A stretch of DNA of 64,000 nucleotides, taken from an uncultured Candidatus Saccharibacteria bacterium (GTDB taxonomy: Bacteria; Patescibacteriota; Minisyncoccia; UBA6257; WO2-44-18). Shown piece by piece: positions 18,912 through 29,459 of the stretch. Location of the stretch: contig CAZWVU010000002.1 in NCBI GenBank assembly GCA_964637575.1, forward strand, positions 82,824-146,823, in the 5' to 3' direction. The position numbers and the translations under genes were made by a program. The notes below the pieces were generated by a model, which did no database searches, was not told the origin of the DNA, and worked only from the letters and a program-made list of their open reading frames with translations. How positions within the stretch are numbered: the first letter of the stretch is position 1; every line of letters begins with the position of its first letter.

Positions 18912-19027
18912 ACCGCACCTCAAAAAACTTTTTCCAGAATATTATAAAATTGCCGGCGGCGCAAGATTGATTGCGCTATTTCTTTAAAGGAGATACTCTT
19001 TAAAAAGCTTTTTCACAGGGGTGCGCT

Positions 19028-19387
19028 GTGATTCGTGCGCTTATAGTCATTTCCTTTTGCGTGCTCGGTCTTGGAGGCATACTGAATTTCGCGGTAATTG
19101 CCGCCAACGGCTGGCATATGCCGATTCTTGGAGGATTCGACGGAGAACCGGCCGGGGTATTCGGAATTTTCACCACCTGCGAACTCACTTCACACACCAA
19201 ACTTGCCGCGCTCGCCGACATCTATCCGGCGTGGTGGGGCTATATGCTCAGCATCGGCGACATTTTTATCCTAGTCGGCTCCGCCGGATTTATTTTGTTC
19301 ACCATCATCCTTCTTTGCGTCAGGAGAATCGTGAAACATGCGGCCGGGCGGATCAATGACGGCCCGTCGCCGTTAAAGCCTTTTTAA
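19028..19387 (+). CDS. DUF5317-like membrane protein
   Basis: LNFAVIAANG.HMP...LADI...SIGD. Confidence 0.7.
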   Translation: MIRALIVISFCVLGLGGILNFAVIAANGWHMPILGGFDGEPAGVFGIFTTCELTSHTKLAALADIYPAWWGYMLSIGDIFILVGSAGFILFTIILLCVRRIVKHAAGRINDGPSPLKPF

Positions 19388-19400
19388 CTGGAGGTGGGCG

Positions 19401-19754
19401 GTGGCATCGGAACTCAAGGTCGTTACCTGGATCTGGGAGCGGATTTCCGAACTGGAGTGGTATCAATCACCCCACGGCGGCTTCTTCGCCGTCATCAACG
19501 GCGTCCTAATCCATACCTCGGAAGCCGGGCTGTTACTTGCCAGGGGGCCGAAGCAGTGCAAAATCCCCCGTCCTCAAGAATCCCGAAAAATTATGGACGC
19601 CGTGGATGAAATGTTGAAAGCCCGGCGGGAAATGATGATCGAAATCCATCGCGCGGCTTCGCAGCAAGTTATCAGGCAGGTCGAAGACCCGAAGGCGCAC
19701 AATGACCGGATGCGCCGGGAGCTTTTCCGGGAACTCAGCGGTGAAATTTTCTAG
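19401..19754 (+). CDS. Hypothetical protein
   Basis: GTG start with GGAGG; follows the previous gene. Confidence 0.55.
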   Translation: MASELKVVTWIWERISELEWYQSPHGGFFAVINGVLIHTSEAGLLLARGPKQCKIPRPQESRKIMDAVDEMLKARREMMIEIHRAASQQVIRQVEDPKAHNDRMRRELFRELSGEIF

Positions 19755-19811
19755 TTTCAAGCGGCCATGACCATGGTCGCTTTTTTGTTCTATACTTGAT
19801 AGAGTACGGCA

Positions 19812-20777
19812 ATGCTGGTTGATGATGTAACAATAAAAATAGCGGCGGGCAAAGGCGGCAAAGGAGCCGTGGCCTTTGAGAAGAATAAATTCGCTCTGGG
19901 GCCGACCGGTGCCCGCGGCGGCGACGGCGGCAATGTGTATTTCGAAGCGGTTTCCGATTTCTCCGCGCTCAACAAATTCCGTAATCAAAAGGACTGGGCG
20001 GCCGTCAACGGCCAGGAGGGACGGAGCCAGTACCGCGACGGGAAGGTCGGCGAAGACCTGGTATTGCGGGTGCCGGTGGGTACCGTAATCCACAATCTCG
20101 AAACCCGCCACCAGGAGGAGCTTGTGCGGATCGGCGACCGGGTGCTGATCGCGAAAGGCGGCCGTGGCGGCAAGGGGAATTTTTTCTTCCGCTCCCCCAC
20201 CAACACCAGTCCGGAAAATTTTGAATACGGCCAGCCCGGCGACAAATTCACGATCCGCCTCGAACTGAAACTGATCGCCGATATCGGCATCGTCGGGCTT
20301 CCCAATGCCGGCAAGTCCAGTCTTTTGAACGAACTGACCAAAGCGCAGGCCAAAGTCGCCAACTATCCCTTCACTACGCTTGAGCCGAATCTCGGCGTCT
20401 ATAAAAATCTCGTGCTTGCCGATATTCCCGGATTGATCGAGGGCGCCTCGGAAGGCAGAGGTCTCGGCACGAAGTTCCTCCGACATATTGAACGCACGCG
20501 CGTGTTATTCCATCTCGTTTCGGCGGAATCGGAGCATGCCGTAAAGGACTACAAAACAATCCGTAAGGAACTCGGCGCCCACAATCCGGAACTGCTGGAA
20601 AAACCGGAATATATCTTTGTAAGCAAAAATGACGCGATTGACCCTAAACAGCTGAAAAAAGAAGTGACGGCGTTGAAAAAACTCAATTCCAAAGTAACAC
20701 CCATCTCCATTCACGACTGGGAAAGTCTGGAAAAAGTTAAAAAGGTTTTGGATTCGCTTTCGAAGAAGAAGGGGTAG
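19812..20777 (+). CDS. obgE: GTPase Obg/CgtA
   Basis: Gly-rich Obg fold, GLPNAGKS, YPFTTL, DIPG, SKND. Confidence 0.95.
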   Translation: MLVDDVTIKIAAGKGGKGAVAFEKNKFALGPTGARGGDGGNVYFEAVSDFSALNKFRNQKDWAAVNGQEGRSQYRDGKVGEDLVLRVPVGTVIHNLETRHQEELVRIGDRVLIAKGGRGGKGNFFFRSPTNTSPENFEYGQPGDKFTIRLELKLIADIGIVGLPNAGKSSLLNELTKAQAKVANYPFTTLEPNLGVYKNLVLADIPGLIEGASEGRGLGTKFLRHIERTRVLFHLVSAESEHAVKDYKTIRKELGAHNPELLEKPEYIFVSKNDAIDPKQLKKEVTALKKLNSKVTPISIHDWESLEKVKKVLDSLSKKKG

Positions 20778-21372
20778 GCCAGAATATTTTTACCAGCTGG
20801 CAGGAAATAACCGCCACCAGCACTCCGACCACCACATCGATCAGATAGTGTTGTTTCACCGTAAGCGTCGACATGCTGATCGCGGCGCCCCAGGCCGCGT
20901 AGACCGCGAAGGCGGTTTTTTTAAGATAGGGGTAGGCCATAATGGTCAGCGTCACCGCCGCCACCACATGGCTGCTGGGAAACGTATTATTGGGAAGATC
21001 GGTCGCGTAGACTTTTTTCAGAATATAATCGGACCAGCTGGACCGGGCTTCGGCGGCGCTGATGGTCGGGCGCGGATACGCGGAAGGAATGATGATATGG
21101 ATAGTGAACGTGATCGCAAACGCCAGCGCCACCGCGGCGATAATCCTTGAATATTGCCGGACATTCACATTTCTCGAAAGAATCAGCGGCAGCCAAAAAA
21201 AATAAATGGTGACATAGAAAATTACCGTTGCCGGCATGAACGGGATCCACATATCAATCGGGGTTTCGAGCGAATGATTGAAACTACGCCGGAGCGTTTC
21301 CACGCCGATCAACCGGTACGCGATAAAGATCAGTCCGATCGTCGCGATAAAAATAAGCCACTTCTTTGCCAT
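20737..21372 (-). CDS. PAP2-superfamily membrane phosphoesterase
   Basis: YPRP, NTFPSSH, QHYLIDV motifs; start set at ATG 21372. Confidence 0.8.
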   Translation of the reverse strand: MAKKWLIFIATIGLIFIAYRLIGVETLRRSFNHSLETPIDMWIPFMPATVIFYVTIYFFWLPLILSRNVNVRQYSRIIAAVALAFAITFTIHIIIPSAYPRPTISAAEARSSWSDYILKKVYATDLPNNTFPSSHVVAAVTLTIMAYPYLKKTAFAVYAAWGAAISMSTLTVKQHYLIDVVVGVLVAVISCQLVKIFWPTPSSSKANPKPF

Positions 21373-21416
21373 ATTATTCGAAATTATAATACCAGAAAAA
21401 ATCTTTTTTGTCCCGG

Positions 21417-23276
21417 CTATTGTGCGCCGGTGCCGATCAGGCAGATCCTCTGCCAGGGCTGATACACACTGTGGAATTCCTGCTGCCTGGTCGTGCCGTC
21501 CGCATACCGGACAGTAGAGGTGGCATCGGCGGTAACTCCTTTGCGCGGCGTCTCGCTGCATTTGGTTTCACCCGCCGGAAGATCGGAAGTCGCGGTGTAT
21601 TTGGTGGGCGGCGCCGGTATGACGTTGGAAATTACCGGATCGGACACCTCCGCCGAACGCCCGTCCCGCGTCCCGTACAACTCAAACACCACTTCGGTTC
21701 CCTCCGTCCGCCCCTGAAGCAGAATGTAGTTACCCGTGTCATTGACGAAACGCAGATCGGGTTCCGGCCCGTAAATGGTCGCGTCCAGCCCGGGGCCGTA
21801 ATAGGACACCACATAGCGGTGGTTGGTCCGGTCGGTAATCGGCAGGCCGGCGTTCAGCGCCATCCGGAAAAGTGTGGTGGCAAGCTGGCAAAGTCCCCCG
21901 CCAAGTTCTTTAACGCTTTTGTTGTCTTTAATGACGTATTCTTTGACGAATCCGGTTTCTTCAGTGACGGGACCGATACCGTTAACCGCGGAAAATTTGG
22001 CGCCGGGCGGAATGAGCATCCCGGTCAGCTTGGAAATTCCTTCGTCTATATTATGGATGCGATCCGCGCTGCTTCCCTTGAACCCTGTTCTCGCCACTCC
22101 CACGAGGTCGCGGATGTGATACTGATCGATCGTTTTCCGGGTGATTTTCGGATCCGCCTGGCTTATCTGGATCGGGACCTCGATGTCGCCCGTCTGCGCC
22201 CGGAAATTGGCGATATCCGACACCGATGCGAGCGCCAGCGGCAGATTTTCATTGTTCATCGCGTAGGAACGCTGGGTATTCACCACCAGCTCTTCCACTT
22301 TCTGCGCGGTTTTTTTAACATCCACCACATTCCCTGATTTTCCGGGAACAATTTCGGTCAGTGTTCCATCCCGCATTTCAAAACGGCTGTCCACCGGCGG
22401 ATCGTCGATCGCCGCCGCCACTGTGCCGGAAAGAAAGTTTTCCAGAGGGCCACTGTCCACGCCGATGGTATTATCCGCCTTTAATGTCAGCCAGGTGACC
22501 CAGGTGTAGCCTCCCACCCGCCAGCGGTGTTGTTGGTAATAAAATACAATCCGAGTGGTGCGGGCCAGCTGTTGGGCGAATGAAAGGAACGGTTTTAATT
22601 TTTCCGCGGTAACCGCCGGCGCGTCCGTAGCTGCGGTAAATTCCAGAACCGAAGTATCGGCGCGGGCGAGCTGCCCCCGTAGCCCGTCCATTATCGTTTC
22701 CTCCGGAATCACTTCCCCGATTTTTTCCTTGGTAATGGCAACGCCCGATCCGAACGGCGCAAACCTTGCCGGCACGCTTTCCTGAACGAATCCTTTTATT
22801 TCACGGGAAAGAAGGGACTGGACAGCCGCGTCATGAAGTCCCGCGGGCAGAGGAAAATCTTTTTGGCCAAACAAAAGCCGGAATTGCTCGGAAAATCTCC
22901 GCGGCAGAGAACCCGCGCGCCCCCATACATATGCCGATCTGACCGTGGCCTCCCAGTCTCCGAGGGAAAAATATTCGACGGAGTTGTCGGCAGTTAGACC
23001 GCTGCTGGACATGGGGATTTTCACGGACTTGGCGCCGTTCATTCCCTTAAGCGTAAGCGCGAGCCCCTGCGCCCCCAGCGCGTCCACTTTCTTTTCAAAT
23101 GCATCGCGCGCCTCTTCATATGTCTGCCCGCTTACCGCCACTCCTCCTATGGTTACCCGCGGATAAAAACGCCCCCGATAACCGGCCTCGACCGACACGA
23201 TAACCACTCCCACCGTCGCAATAAAGATGAGAAGGACCGCCAGTTCAATTCCGCGTATCCGCCGCAGCATGTTCAT
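21417..23276 (-). CDS. VanW-family protein with putative PG-binding and G5 domains
   Basis: N-terminal TM; RIHNI, GGGLCQLATTLF, NH..VVSYY..GLDATI, DLRFVN; C-terminal HSVYQP. Confidence 0.88.
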   Translation of the reverse strand: MNMLRRIRGIELAVLLIFIATVGVVIVSVEAGYRGRFYPRVTIGGVAVSGQTYEEARDAFEKKVDALGAQGLALTLKGMNGAKSVKIPMSSSGLTADNSVEYFSLGDWEATVRSAYVWGRAGSLPRRFSEQFRLLFGQKDFPLPAGLHDAAVQSLLSREIKGFVQESVPARFAPFGSGVAITKEKIGEVIPEETIMDGLRGQLARADTSVLEFTAATDAPAVTAEKLKPFLSFAQQLARTTRIVFYYQQHRWRVGGYTWVTWLTLKADNTIGVDSGPLENFLSGTVAAAIDDPPVDSRFEMRDGTLTEIVPGKSGNVVDVKKTAQKVEELVVNTQRSYAMNNENLPLALASVSDIANFRAQTGDIEVPIQISQADPKITRKTIDQYHIRDLVGVARTGFKGSSADRIHNIDEGISKLTGMLIPPGAKFSAVNGIGPVTEETGFVKEYVIKDNKSVKELGGGLCQLATTLFRMALNAGLPITDRTNHRYVVSYYGPGLDATIYGPEPDLRFVNDTGNYILLQGRTEGTEVVFELYGTRDGRSAEVSDPVISNVIPAPPTKYTATSDLPAGETKCSETPRKGVTADATSTVRYADGTTRQQEFHSVYQPWQRICLIGTGAQ

Positions 23277-23301
23277 ATATCCATTATATCCGATTGGCTT
23301 T

Positions 23302-25641
23302 TTAAAGCTTGTTTAACAATGGTATGGCCGCCCGCAGATCGGCCCGCGCGTTCCGCATCGGCGACCAGACATCGCCAAGCTTTTTGATCCGCGCCGGCAT
23401 GGTGCGAATGTTGAATCTTCCCGGATTAAGGCGGGCGGTCACCTCCGTCCAGCGTAAAGGAGCTGATGCGAGCGCGCCCGGAACAGGCCGGAGACTGTAC
23501 GGCGCCGCCTGGGTTTTCTCGCGGCTGTTTTGAAGGTAGTCTATATACACTTTTTTCTGCCGGTGTTTTGGCAGACGCTCAAGACTAGTAAAATCCCTGG
23601 TGTTCGCGTGCACAATCGTCGCGACCAGTTCCGCGAAATCACCGGATTCTTCGAACGTATACCGGGCGCCCAGGGGTATATATATGTGGATTCCCCGCTT
23701 TCCGGAGGTCTTCGGAAAATGCGGAACGCCGGCGGCCTCCAAAACGCTGTGAATGGCCCGCGCCGTTTTTACCACGAAGGAAAAATCGATATCCTCCGGG
23801 TCGAGATCCAGAATGCAGTAATCCGGCCGGTCCAGACTTCCCACGCGCGAACTCCACGGGTTGATTTCAATGCACCCAAGATTCACCATGTACAGCACTG
23901 AATCGATGCCGTCGCACACCAGATATTCGACCGTCTTTTGATTGCTCTTCGAATACACGGACACGGTCTTGATCCAATCCGGCGCGATCGGCCCCACATT
24001 CTTATGATAGAAATGCATTCCGTTGATACCTTCGGGAAAACGGTTCAACGATTGCGGCCGGTTCAGTACATACGGAAGCAGCACCCCGCTTACCGCGCGG
24101 TAATAATCCGCGACGTCGCCTTTGGTGTATCCTTCCTCCGGCCAGAAAATCTTGTCGGCGTGATGAATGATAAATTCGGGACTGTTTTTTACCGGCGTTT
24201 CCCTGACCACTTTTTTGGGATCCTTATCTTCACGAAGGCCCACGAAGATCGGCTGGCGCATATGTCCTGTTTCTGTCCATTCCCGGAAGGTGATCTCGGC
24301 CACCAGCTTCGGAGTAAGCCAATGAACCGGCGCGTTTGTTTTCGGCGGATTCCCGAAGGGGGATTTTTTTGTTTCGAGCGGCGCCAGCCGCCTGCGCAAA
24401 AGTTCCAAATTCCCGAGCTTCCCTCCCGTGTGCCCGACATAGCGCAGCGTGCCGTCCCGGTCGTATACGCCCAGCACAAGGGCGCCGAGAAATTTCCGGC
24501 CGCCGCGGGGTTCCGTGAATCCCGCGATTACCGCTTCCTGCCGCGGATGGGTTTTGATTTTCAGCCATTCCCGGCTCCGCACTCCCGTCAGATATGCGCT
24601 CGCCCCGTTTTTCGCAATGATTCCTTCAAGGCCGGCCTTTTCCGCTCCCCGGAAAAGCTCCTTTCCCGATTCCTCCACGTAGTCATTGAAAAAAATCGAG
24701 AGGGTCTTTCTGGGGATTACGTTCCGGAGAAGTTCCTTCCGCTCGGCGAGCGTTTTACGCCGCACGTCCTCCCCGTCCAGTTCGAGAATGTCGAATACGT
24801 AATAGCGGAGCGCGCCGTTCCCGCTTTTCAGATAATTCTGCAGTAACTGGAATGACGGCCGTCCCTGGGTATCAACTACCACGATCTCCCCGTCCAGCAC
24901 TGCTTCGAGGCGGAACGTTTCGAGCTCCCGGACGATCGGATCGAACTCGGCGGTGAAATTGCTGGCGCCGCTCCGCGAGTAGAGCGTGACGTGTTTATTC
25001 CTGCAGACCGCAACGGCCCGGAACCCGTCCCATTTCGGCTCGAAGATCCATCCCTTCCGGTTGAACGGCCCCTCTGCGAGCGAAGCCAGCATCGGCTTGA
25101 TGGGAAGCGAAAGCGACGGGGCCACCCGGGGCGCCCGGACGGCGGCCTCGTCGTGCTTCTTGATGAGCAGCCAGGTGTTTTTCCCGGCGCCCGCCATCCG
25201 CACCAGCGTGAAGGTTCCTTTCAATTTTTTTCCTTCAAGAAAGAAATCGATGTGGCCTTTTTTCAGACCGTTGAGCGCCGCAGCCTCGGTCTCCTTCGGA
25301 TCTTCGCCGCCGGGAAGATGATAGGTTCCCGAATCCCAGACGGAAACCAGTCCGGCTCCGTAGTTTCCCTCCGGGATGACGCCTTCGAACGTCCGGTATT
25401 CGAGCGGATGATCCTCGGTCATAACCGCCAGTCGCTTTTCATCAGGATCCCGCGAAGGACCTTTGGGCACCGCCCAGCTTTTCAAAACGCCGTCCATTTC
25501 CAGCCGCACATCATAGTGCACGCGCGACGCGTAATGCTTTTGCACCACGAAACGCAGCGGTCCGGCGCGGTGCGTCCGCCGGCCGGCCGGCTCGGGAGTT
25601 TTCGCGAACGCTCGCTTTCTCCGGTACTCCTTCAGCGCCAT
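23302..25641 (-). CDS. ligD: NHEJ DNA ligase D (phosphoesterase-ligase-polymerase)
   Basis: FVVQKH..HYDVRLE..SWAVPKGP (PE); EPKWDGFR, EGIIAK (ligase); DLDP, KTSGKRGIH (polymerase). Confidence 0.95.
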   Translation of the reverse strand: MALKEYRRKRAFAKTPEPAGRRTHRAGPLRFVVQKHYASRVHYDVRLEMDGVLKSWAVPKGPSRDPDEKRLAVMTEDHPLEYRTFEGVIPEGNYGAGLVSVWDSGTYHLPGGEDPKETEAAALNGLKKGHIDFFLEGKKLKGTFTLVRMAGAGKNTWLLIKKHDEAAVRAPRVAPSLSLPIKPMLASLAEGPFNRKGWIFEPKWDGFRAVAVCRNKHVTLYSRSGASNFTAEFDPIVRELETFRLEAVLDGEIVVVDTQGRPSFQLLQNYLKSGNGALRYYVFDILELDGEDVRRKTLAERKELLRNVIPRKTLSIFFNDYVEESGKELFRGAEKAGLEGIIAKNGASAYLTGVRSREWLKIKTHPRQEAVIAGFTEPRGGRKFLGALVLGVYDRDGTLRYVGHTGGKLGNLELLRRRLAPLETKKSPFGNPPKTNAPVHWLTPKLVAEITFREWTETGHMRQPIFVGLREDKDPKKVVRETPVKNSPEFIIHHADKIFWPEEGYTKGDVADYYRAVSGVLLPYVLNRPQSLNRFPEGINGMHFYHKNVGPIAPDWIKTVSVYSKSNQKTVEYLVCDGIDSVLYMVNLGCIEINPWSSRVGSLDRPDYCILDLDPEDIDFSFVVKTARAIHSVLEAAGVPHFPKTSGKRGIHIYIPLGARYTFEESGDFAELVATIVHANTRDFTSLERLPKHRQKKVYIDYLQNSREKTQAAPYSLRPVPGALASAPLRWTEVTARLNPGRFNIRTMPARIKKLGDVWSPMRNARADLRAAIPLLNKL

Positions 25642-25642
25642 A

Positions 25643-26416
25643 TTACGTGTTGACCCGCCGGCGTTCGATGCTGCGCCGCAGAAGTGCGGCAAGATCCTTG
25701 GCGTGGGTGGGTTTCGCCGGTCCCTCCTTGGCGGGCGGTTTTTGTCCGCGCGCTTTTCTCCTGATTACCTCGCGCAGTTCGGCAAGATACGTGTCTTTGA
25801 ATTCGCTGCCCCGGAAAGGCTTGCTAAGTTTCTGAATCAGCTGGGTAGCCATCTCAAGCTCCGCATTGCTTACCTGCTCCTTTTTCGGCAGATTGAGTTT
25901 GCTTGCCGGCTCAACTTCTTCCGCGTAGCGCATCTGGTTCAATACGAGCGCCTTGCCTTCCGCGGTTAACGCGCCGAGATGCTGCCGGTTGCGGATGACG
26001 AAGGTGGCGATTCCCACCGTTCCCGTTTTTCTGAGCGCTTCCTGGAAAAGGACGTAGGCCTTTTCGGCTCCTTTCTCCGGCTCGATATAATATGGTTTTT
26101 CGAAATATTTCGGATCGATTTCCTTGAGTTTGGAAAAGCTGTGAAGGGTGATGGCGCTCGTTTTTTTCGGGTTCGCGTTTTTGAAATCCTCATCGGTGAG
26201 CACGATGTACCGGTTTCCGTATTTGAAACCCTTCACGATATCTTCGTAAGGAACTTCCTTTTGCTCATCTTTACAGACGCGGGCGTATAGGATCGGCGAA
26301 AGGTCGGCGCGGTGCAGCATATCCAGATCCAGTTTTTCTTCCGGAGACGCGCTATAGAGCCGAACAGGGATGTTCACCAATCCGAAGCTTATTGATCCTG
26401 ACCATAGCGATCTCAT
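25643..26416 (-). CDS. ku: NHEJ Ku protein
   Basis: MRSLWSGSISFGLVNIPVRLY, YFEKPYY; adjacent to ligD. Confidence 0.95.
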   Translation of the reverse strand: MRSLWSGSISFGLVNIPVRLYSASPEEKLDLDMLHRADLSPILYARVCKDEQKEVPYEDIVKGFKYGNRYIVLTDEDFKNANPKKTSAITLHSFSKLKEIDPKYFEKPYYIEPEKGAEKAYVLFQEALRKTGTVGIATFVIRNRQHLGALTAEGKALVLNQMRYAEEVEPASKLNLPKKEQVSNAELEMATQLIQKLSKPFRGSEFKDTYLAELREVIRRKARGQKPPAKEGPAKPTHAKDLAALLRRSIERRRVNT

Positions 26417-26422
26417 ACTCTC

Positions 26423-26474
26423 TTTTCATCGTATCACGGGAAAAACCGGCCCGGCGTTCGTGATACGATGAAAA
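26423..26474. promoter_or_regulatory. Divergent promoters forming a perfect 16-bp inverted repeat
   Basis: TTTTCATCGTATCACG (26423-26438) / CGTGATACGATGAAAA (26459-26474); each arm is an extended -10 (TGaTACGAT). Confidence 0.6.
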
Positions 26475-26512
26475 TATAAGGACAAAAGTCGATTATACTT
26501 TTAAAACATTAC

Positions 26513-26704
26513 ATGGCAGAACATCACGATCATGACGAGCATGCGGATGACGCTACCGCGACGGTGCTTCTGGTAATTCTGATTATTATAGTAGTGGCGT
26601 TTGGCGTATATTTCCTGGTGCAGGGAAGATTTTTCCCGTCCGCCGCGCCGAACAACAGCGGTATTGAAGTGAAGGTGAACCTTCCGCCGAAGAACAGCTA
26701 CTAA
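26513..26704 (+). CDS. Small single-TM protein with His/Asp-rich N-terminus
   Basis: MAEHHDHDEH, then hydrophobic helix. Confidence 0.6.
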   Translation: MAEHHDHDEHADDATATVLLVILIIIVVAFGVYFLVQGRFFPSAAPNNSGIEVKVNLPPKNSY

Positions 26705-27204
26705 CGCACCTCTAGAATGCGGTAGGGCTTAAACCCGCCCGTAGTCGGGACGTTCACGGTATCGCCTGCTGCGTGGCCGAGCAACGCGGCGCCGAGGGGC
26801 GACCGGTCGGAAATCCGCCCTTTTTCCGGATCGGTTTCCTGGGGTCCGACAATTTGAAATATTTTTTGCGCGGTACCGGCCTCCAGCACCACCGTTGATC
26901 CGATTTTCACCCGGCCGGAAATATCGGGGCCGGACTCAATGACCACGGCGCGCTTAATCTGGTCCTCAATGCTCAAAATCTGCCGGTGTGCGGAGCGCAA
27001 TTTCCCTTTGGCGTCTTTATATTCGGCATTTTCAGAACGATCGCCATAATCGGCGGTACGCTTGGCCTCATTGGCCAGTTCCGGAATGGAAGCCTTAAGA
27101 CGCGCCAGGCGGTCTTTCAGACGCTGAAGTCCTTCCCGGGTAAGATGAACCGGACTGGTGTCCCGCACCTTCAGTTTTTCGTCCGCGCGCTTCGGTATCT
27201 GCAT
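26701..27204 (-). CDS. GreA/GreB-family transcription elongation factor
   Basis: LTREG, GDRSENAEY, IVGPQE.DP..GRIS..SPLG.ALLG. Confidence 0.9.
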   Translation of the reverse strand: MQIPKRADEKLKVRDTSPVHLTREGLQRLKDRLARLKASIPELANEAKRTADYGDRSENAEYKDAKGKLRSAHRQILSIEDQIKRAVVIESGPDISGRVKIGSTVVLEAGTAQKIFQIVGPQETDPEKGRISDRSPLGAALLGHAAGDTVNVPTTGGFKPYRILEVR

Positions 27205-27214
27205 ATAGCAGATT

Positions 27215-28240
27215 CTACTTCAGATGCATGTAACTCTCCAGGTTGTGGATAGAAAACCCCCCGAAGGCCGTTTTAGAAATGAACGCCGCGGCAATCCGTT
27301 TCATTTCAATTTTCATCGCCTCCTTGGTCATTCCCAAAAATGTCACCTTCGGCGGATCGGCATCGGTGGTTTCCTGGCCGATGATTACTTTTACCCGCGG
27401 CGCGTACTGACTGGCGTAATCGATCTCGCCCTGGGCGTGGGCGATCGAGCCGTCATCCCCGCGCGCGAAATTGCGGTAATCCATAAGCACGACATACCCG
27501 TTGGCAATCTGGTTCAGCTCATCCATCAGGAACAATCCGGCGCCTTTCGCCGACTGATCGCGCCAGGAGACGATGCTGGTGGCGTTCTCGCCGTCCAGCC
27601 AATACGTCGCGGTAAACCCCAGCTTGAAACCCTGCTCCGCCAGTCCGGCGGTGGTGTTATATTTGGCGACGATCGCGTCCGCCATGTCCAGATACTGCTG
27701 CAAACCTTTCGTCTCCCGGCCGTTAAAATCCTCCTGGCCGTACGGCTCAACGTCGAACTGGATTCCGTCGAATCTGGCCTGGGCCGGCGCGGTCCGGTTG
27801 TAATCAAGGACTGAATCGAAAAAGTCCAGCGGCGTGCTCCGGTAATCGGGCAATGACCAGTCGGGATCTCCGCCGAGCGCCTGCACCTGGATGCCGCGCG
27901 CATGCGCGGAAATAATAAAACTGGCGACAACCTGCTGGCGGTCATGCAAATCTTTTGTAATTCCGTCTCCCGAATAAATATAGATGGAGGAAATATGTTC
28001 CTGCGCGGCAAATGCGAGCAGCTCCTCTTTCCGGGCGTCGTTGAACTGCCAGGGCGGCGTCCACAACCAGGTCGCGATGGGAACTTTTTCCAGATCGACG
28101 CTGTTCACCCGCGCCACCTCTTCCGACACCATCGCCTGCTGGTGGCTGTGATCGATATAACCGGAAACATACACATACAGCACGCCCGCCACCGCCGCGA
28201 AATAAAGAAGGTTCCGCACTGATTTTGGAATGTTAATCAT
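27215..28240 (-). CDS. Membrane-anchored putative glycoside hydrolase-like TIM-barrel protein
   Basis: N-terminal TM; WLW, FDGIQFDVEPY, VLMDYR, GQET, GFSIH strands. Confidence 0.55.
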   Translation of the reverse strand: MINIPKSVRNLLYFAAVAGVLYVYVSGYIDHSHQQAMVSEEVARVNSVDLEKVPIATWLWTPPWQFNDARKEELLAFAAQEHISSIYIYSGDGITKDLHDRQQVVASFIISAHARGIQVQALGGDPDWSLPDYRSTPLDFFDSVLDYNRTAPAQARFDGIQFDVEPYGQEDFNGRETKGLQQYLDMADAIVAKYNTTAGLAEQGFKLGFTATYWLDGENATSIVSWRDQSAKGAGLFLMDELNQIANGYVVLMDYRNFARGDDGSIAHAQGEIDYASQYAPRVKVIIGQETTDADPPKVTFLGMTKEAMKIEMKRIAAAFISKTAFGGFSIHNLESYMHLK

Positions 28241-29459
28241 GGTCCCGAAGTTTGATGATGCCCGTGTTTTCCGCGCTGAACGCCATTTTGAAATAGGTAT
28301 AGACCCCAAGCGGCACCAGGATCATCACCTGGAACAGCGCGTAGAGCGGGAACAGCAGATAGAAGGGTTTCGCTTTTTTCCAGTGGAAAAGAAAGATGAT
28401 GCCAAGGTACAGGACTACCACCACCGGTATGACCAGCGGGTATTCGATCACTTCATACCAGCGGATCGGGGTGAGTAGATACACAAGAAACGTCGAGTAA
28501 AAAAAGTAGAGCGGGTGCCGCCAGGTGTACTGATGGGCATTCACCACGGCGTGGCGAAACTCCCCGCCGAACCAGATCATCCTCTGCCGCACCCAGGCGC
28601 GGAAGGTTCTCGGCACGTCAGTGTAAAATGTGAACGCGATATGCCCAACCTTGTAGCCCACCATTTTCGCGAGCTTTCCGATTTCAATGTCTCCCCCGCT
28701 GAAAAAGAGCGAATGATGGCCCATTACTTCTTTCATGATATTGGTTTTCGCGATCATCGCTGCCCCGGAAGTAAGCCACGGATAAATCCGCCGCGCGTCC
28801 ATCGCGAGTTCGTACTCCACCGACTGGAGTTTTTCGATGATGGTTTCGGACCGGGACGCGAGCACACGCACGGAGGCAAGATCGAAATCTTTCTGTTTCA
28901 TGAATCCCACCAGCTGATACAGGCTTTCCTCGGCCGTGGTGTCGCCGTCAATGAAAATTGAATACGCGGTCGTCACGACGCGGGAGCTTTCCCTCATGAT
29001 TTCGTCGCGGGCCTCTTCGCTGAGCGTGTAGATTGCTTCCTGATAAGCGGGGGTGTTCGGTGTGCGGGCCTGAAGCGTGGAAGTAAACAGCCGCCAGGGA
29101 TTGGGCGATGCTCCTTTGGACGAGGAAATGGGAACCTGCGAGCGGTAGATCGCGAAGTGGTATTGCTTCGCCAGGGCTTCGATCTGCGCGTTGAATTCGG
29201 GCCGCTCTTTGGTGGTGGTGCAAAGAAGCACCCTGCCCGGATACTGGCTGAGAAACGCGAGATTCCGGAGATACCGCATATCGCCGAAAATCGGGATCAG
29301 GATGGTGAAATCATCGCAGTCCTGGACTTTACCGGCGGGGATCACGGCGGTTTTCGCGAGCTTTGAGCGTATGATGGTGACAAAATCGACCAGAGAAAGA
29401 AGGAGCGGGATGAGAATATAAGGCGTGGCGGCAAGCAGTGGGATGTGGAAAATGTTCAT
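28233..29459 (-). CDS. Family 2 glycosyltransferase with C-terminal TMs (paralog A)
   Basis: ILIP, IDGD, SGAAMI, GGDIE, RQRMIW. Confidence 0.8.
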   Translation of the reverse strand: MNIFHIPLLAATPYILIPLLLSLVDFVTIIRSKLAKTAVIPAGKVQDCDDFTILIPIFGDMRYLRNLAFLSQYPGRVLLCTTTKERPEFNAQIEALAKQYHFAIYRSQVPISSSKGASPNPWRLFTSTLQARTPNTPAYQEAIYTLSEEARDEIMRESSRVVTTAYSIFIDGDTTAEESLYQLVGFMKQKDFDLASVRVLASRSETIIEKLQSVEYELAMDARRIYPWLTSGAAMIAKTNIMKEVMGHHSLFFSGGDIEIGKLAKMVGYKVGHIAFTFYTDVPRTFRAWVRQRMIWFGGEFRHAVVNAHQYTWRHPLYFFYSTFLVYLLTPIRWYEVIEYPLVIPVVVVLYLGIIFLFHWKKAKPFYLLFPLYALFQVMILVPLGVYTYFKMAFSAENTGIIKLRDHD

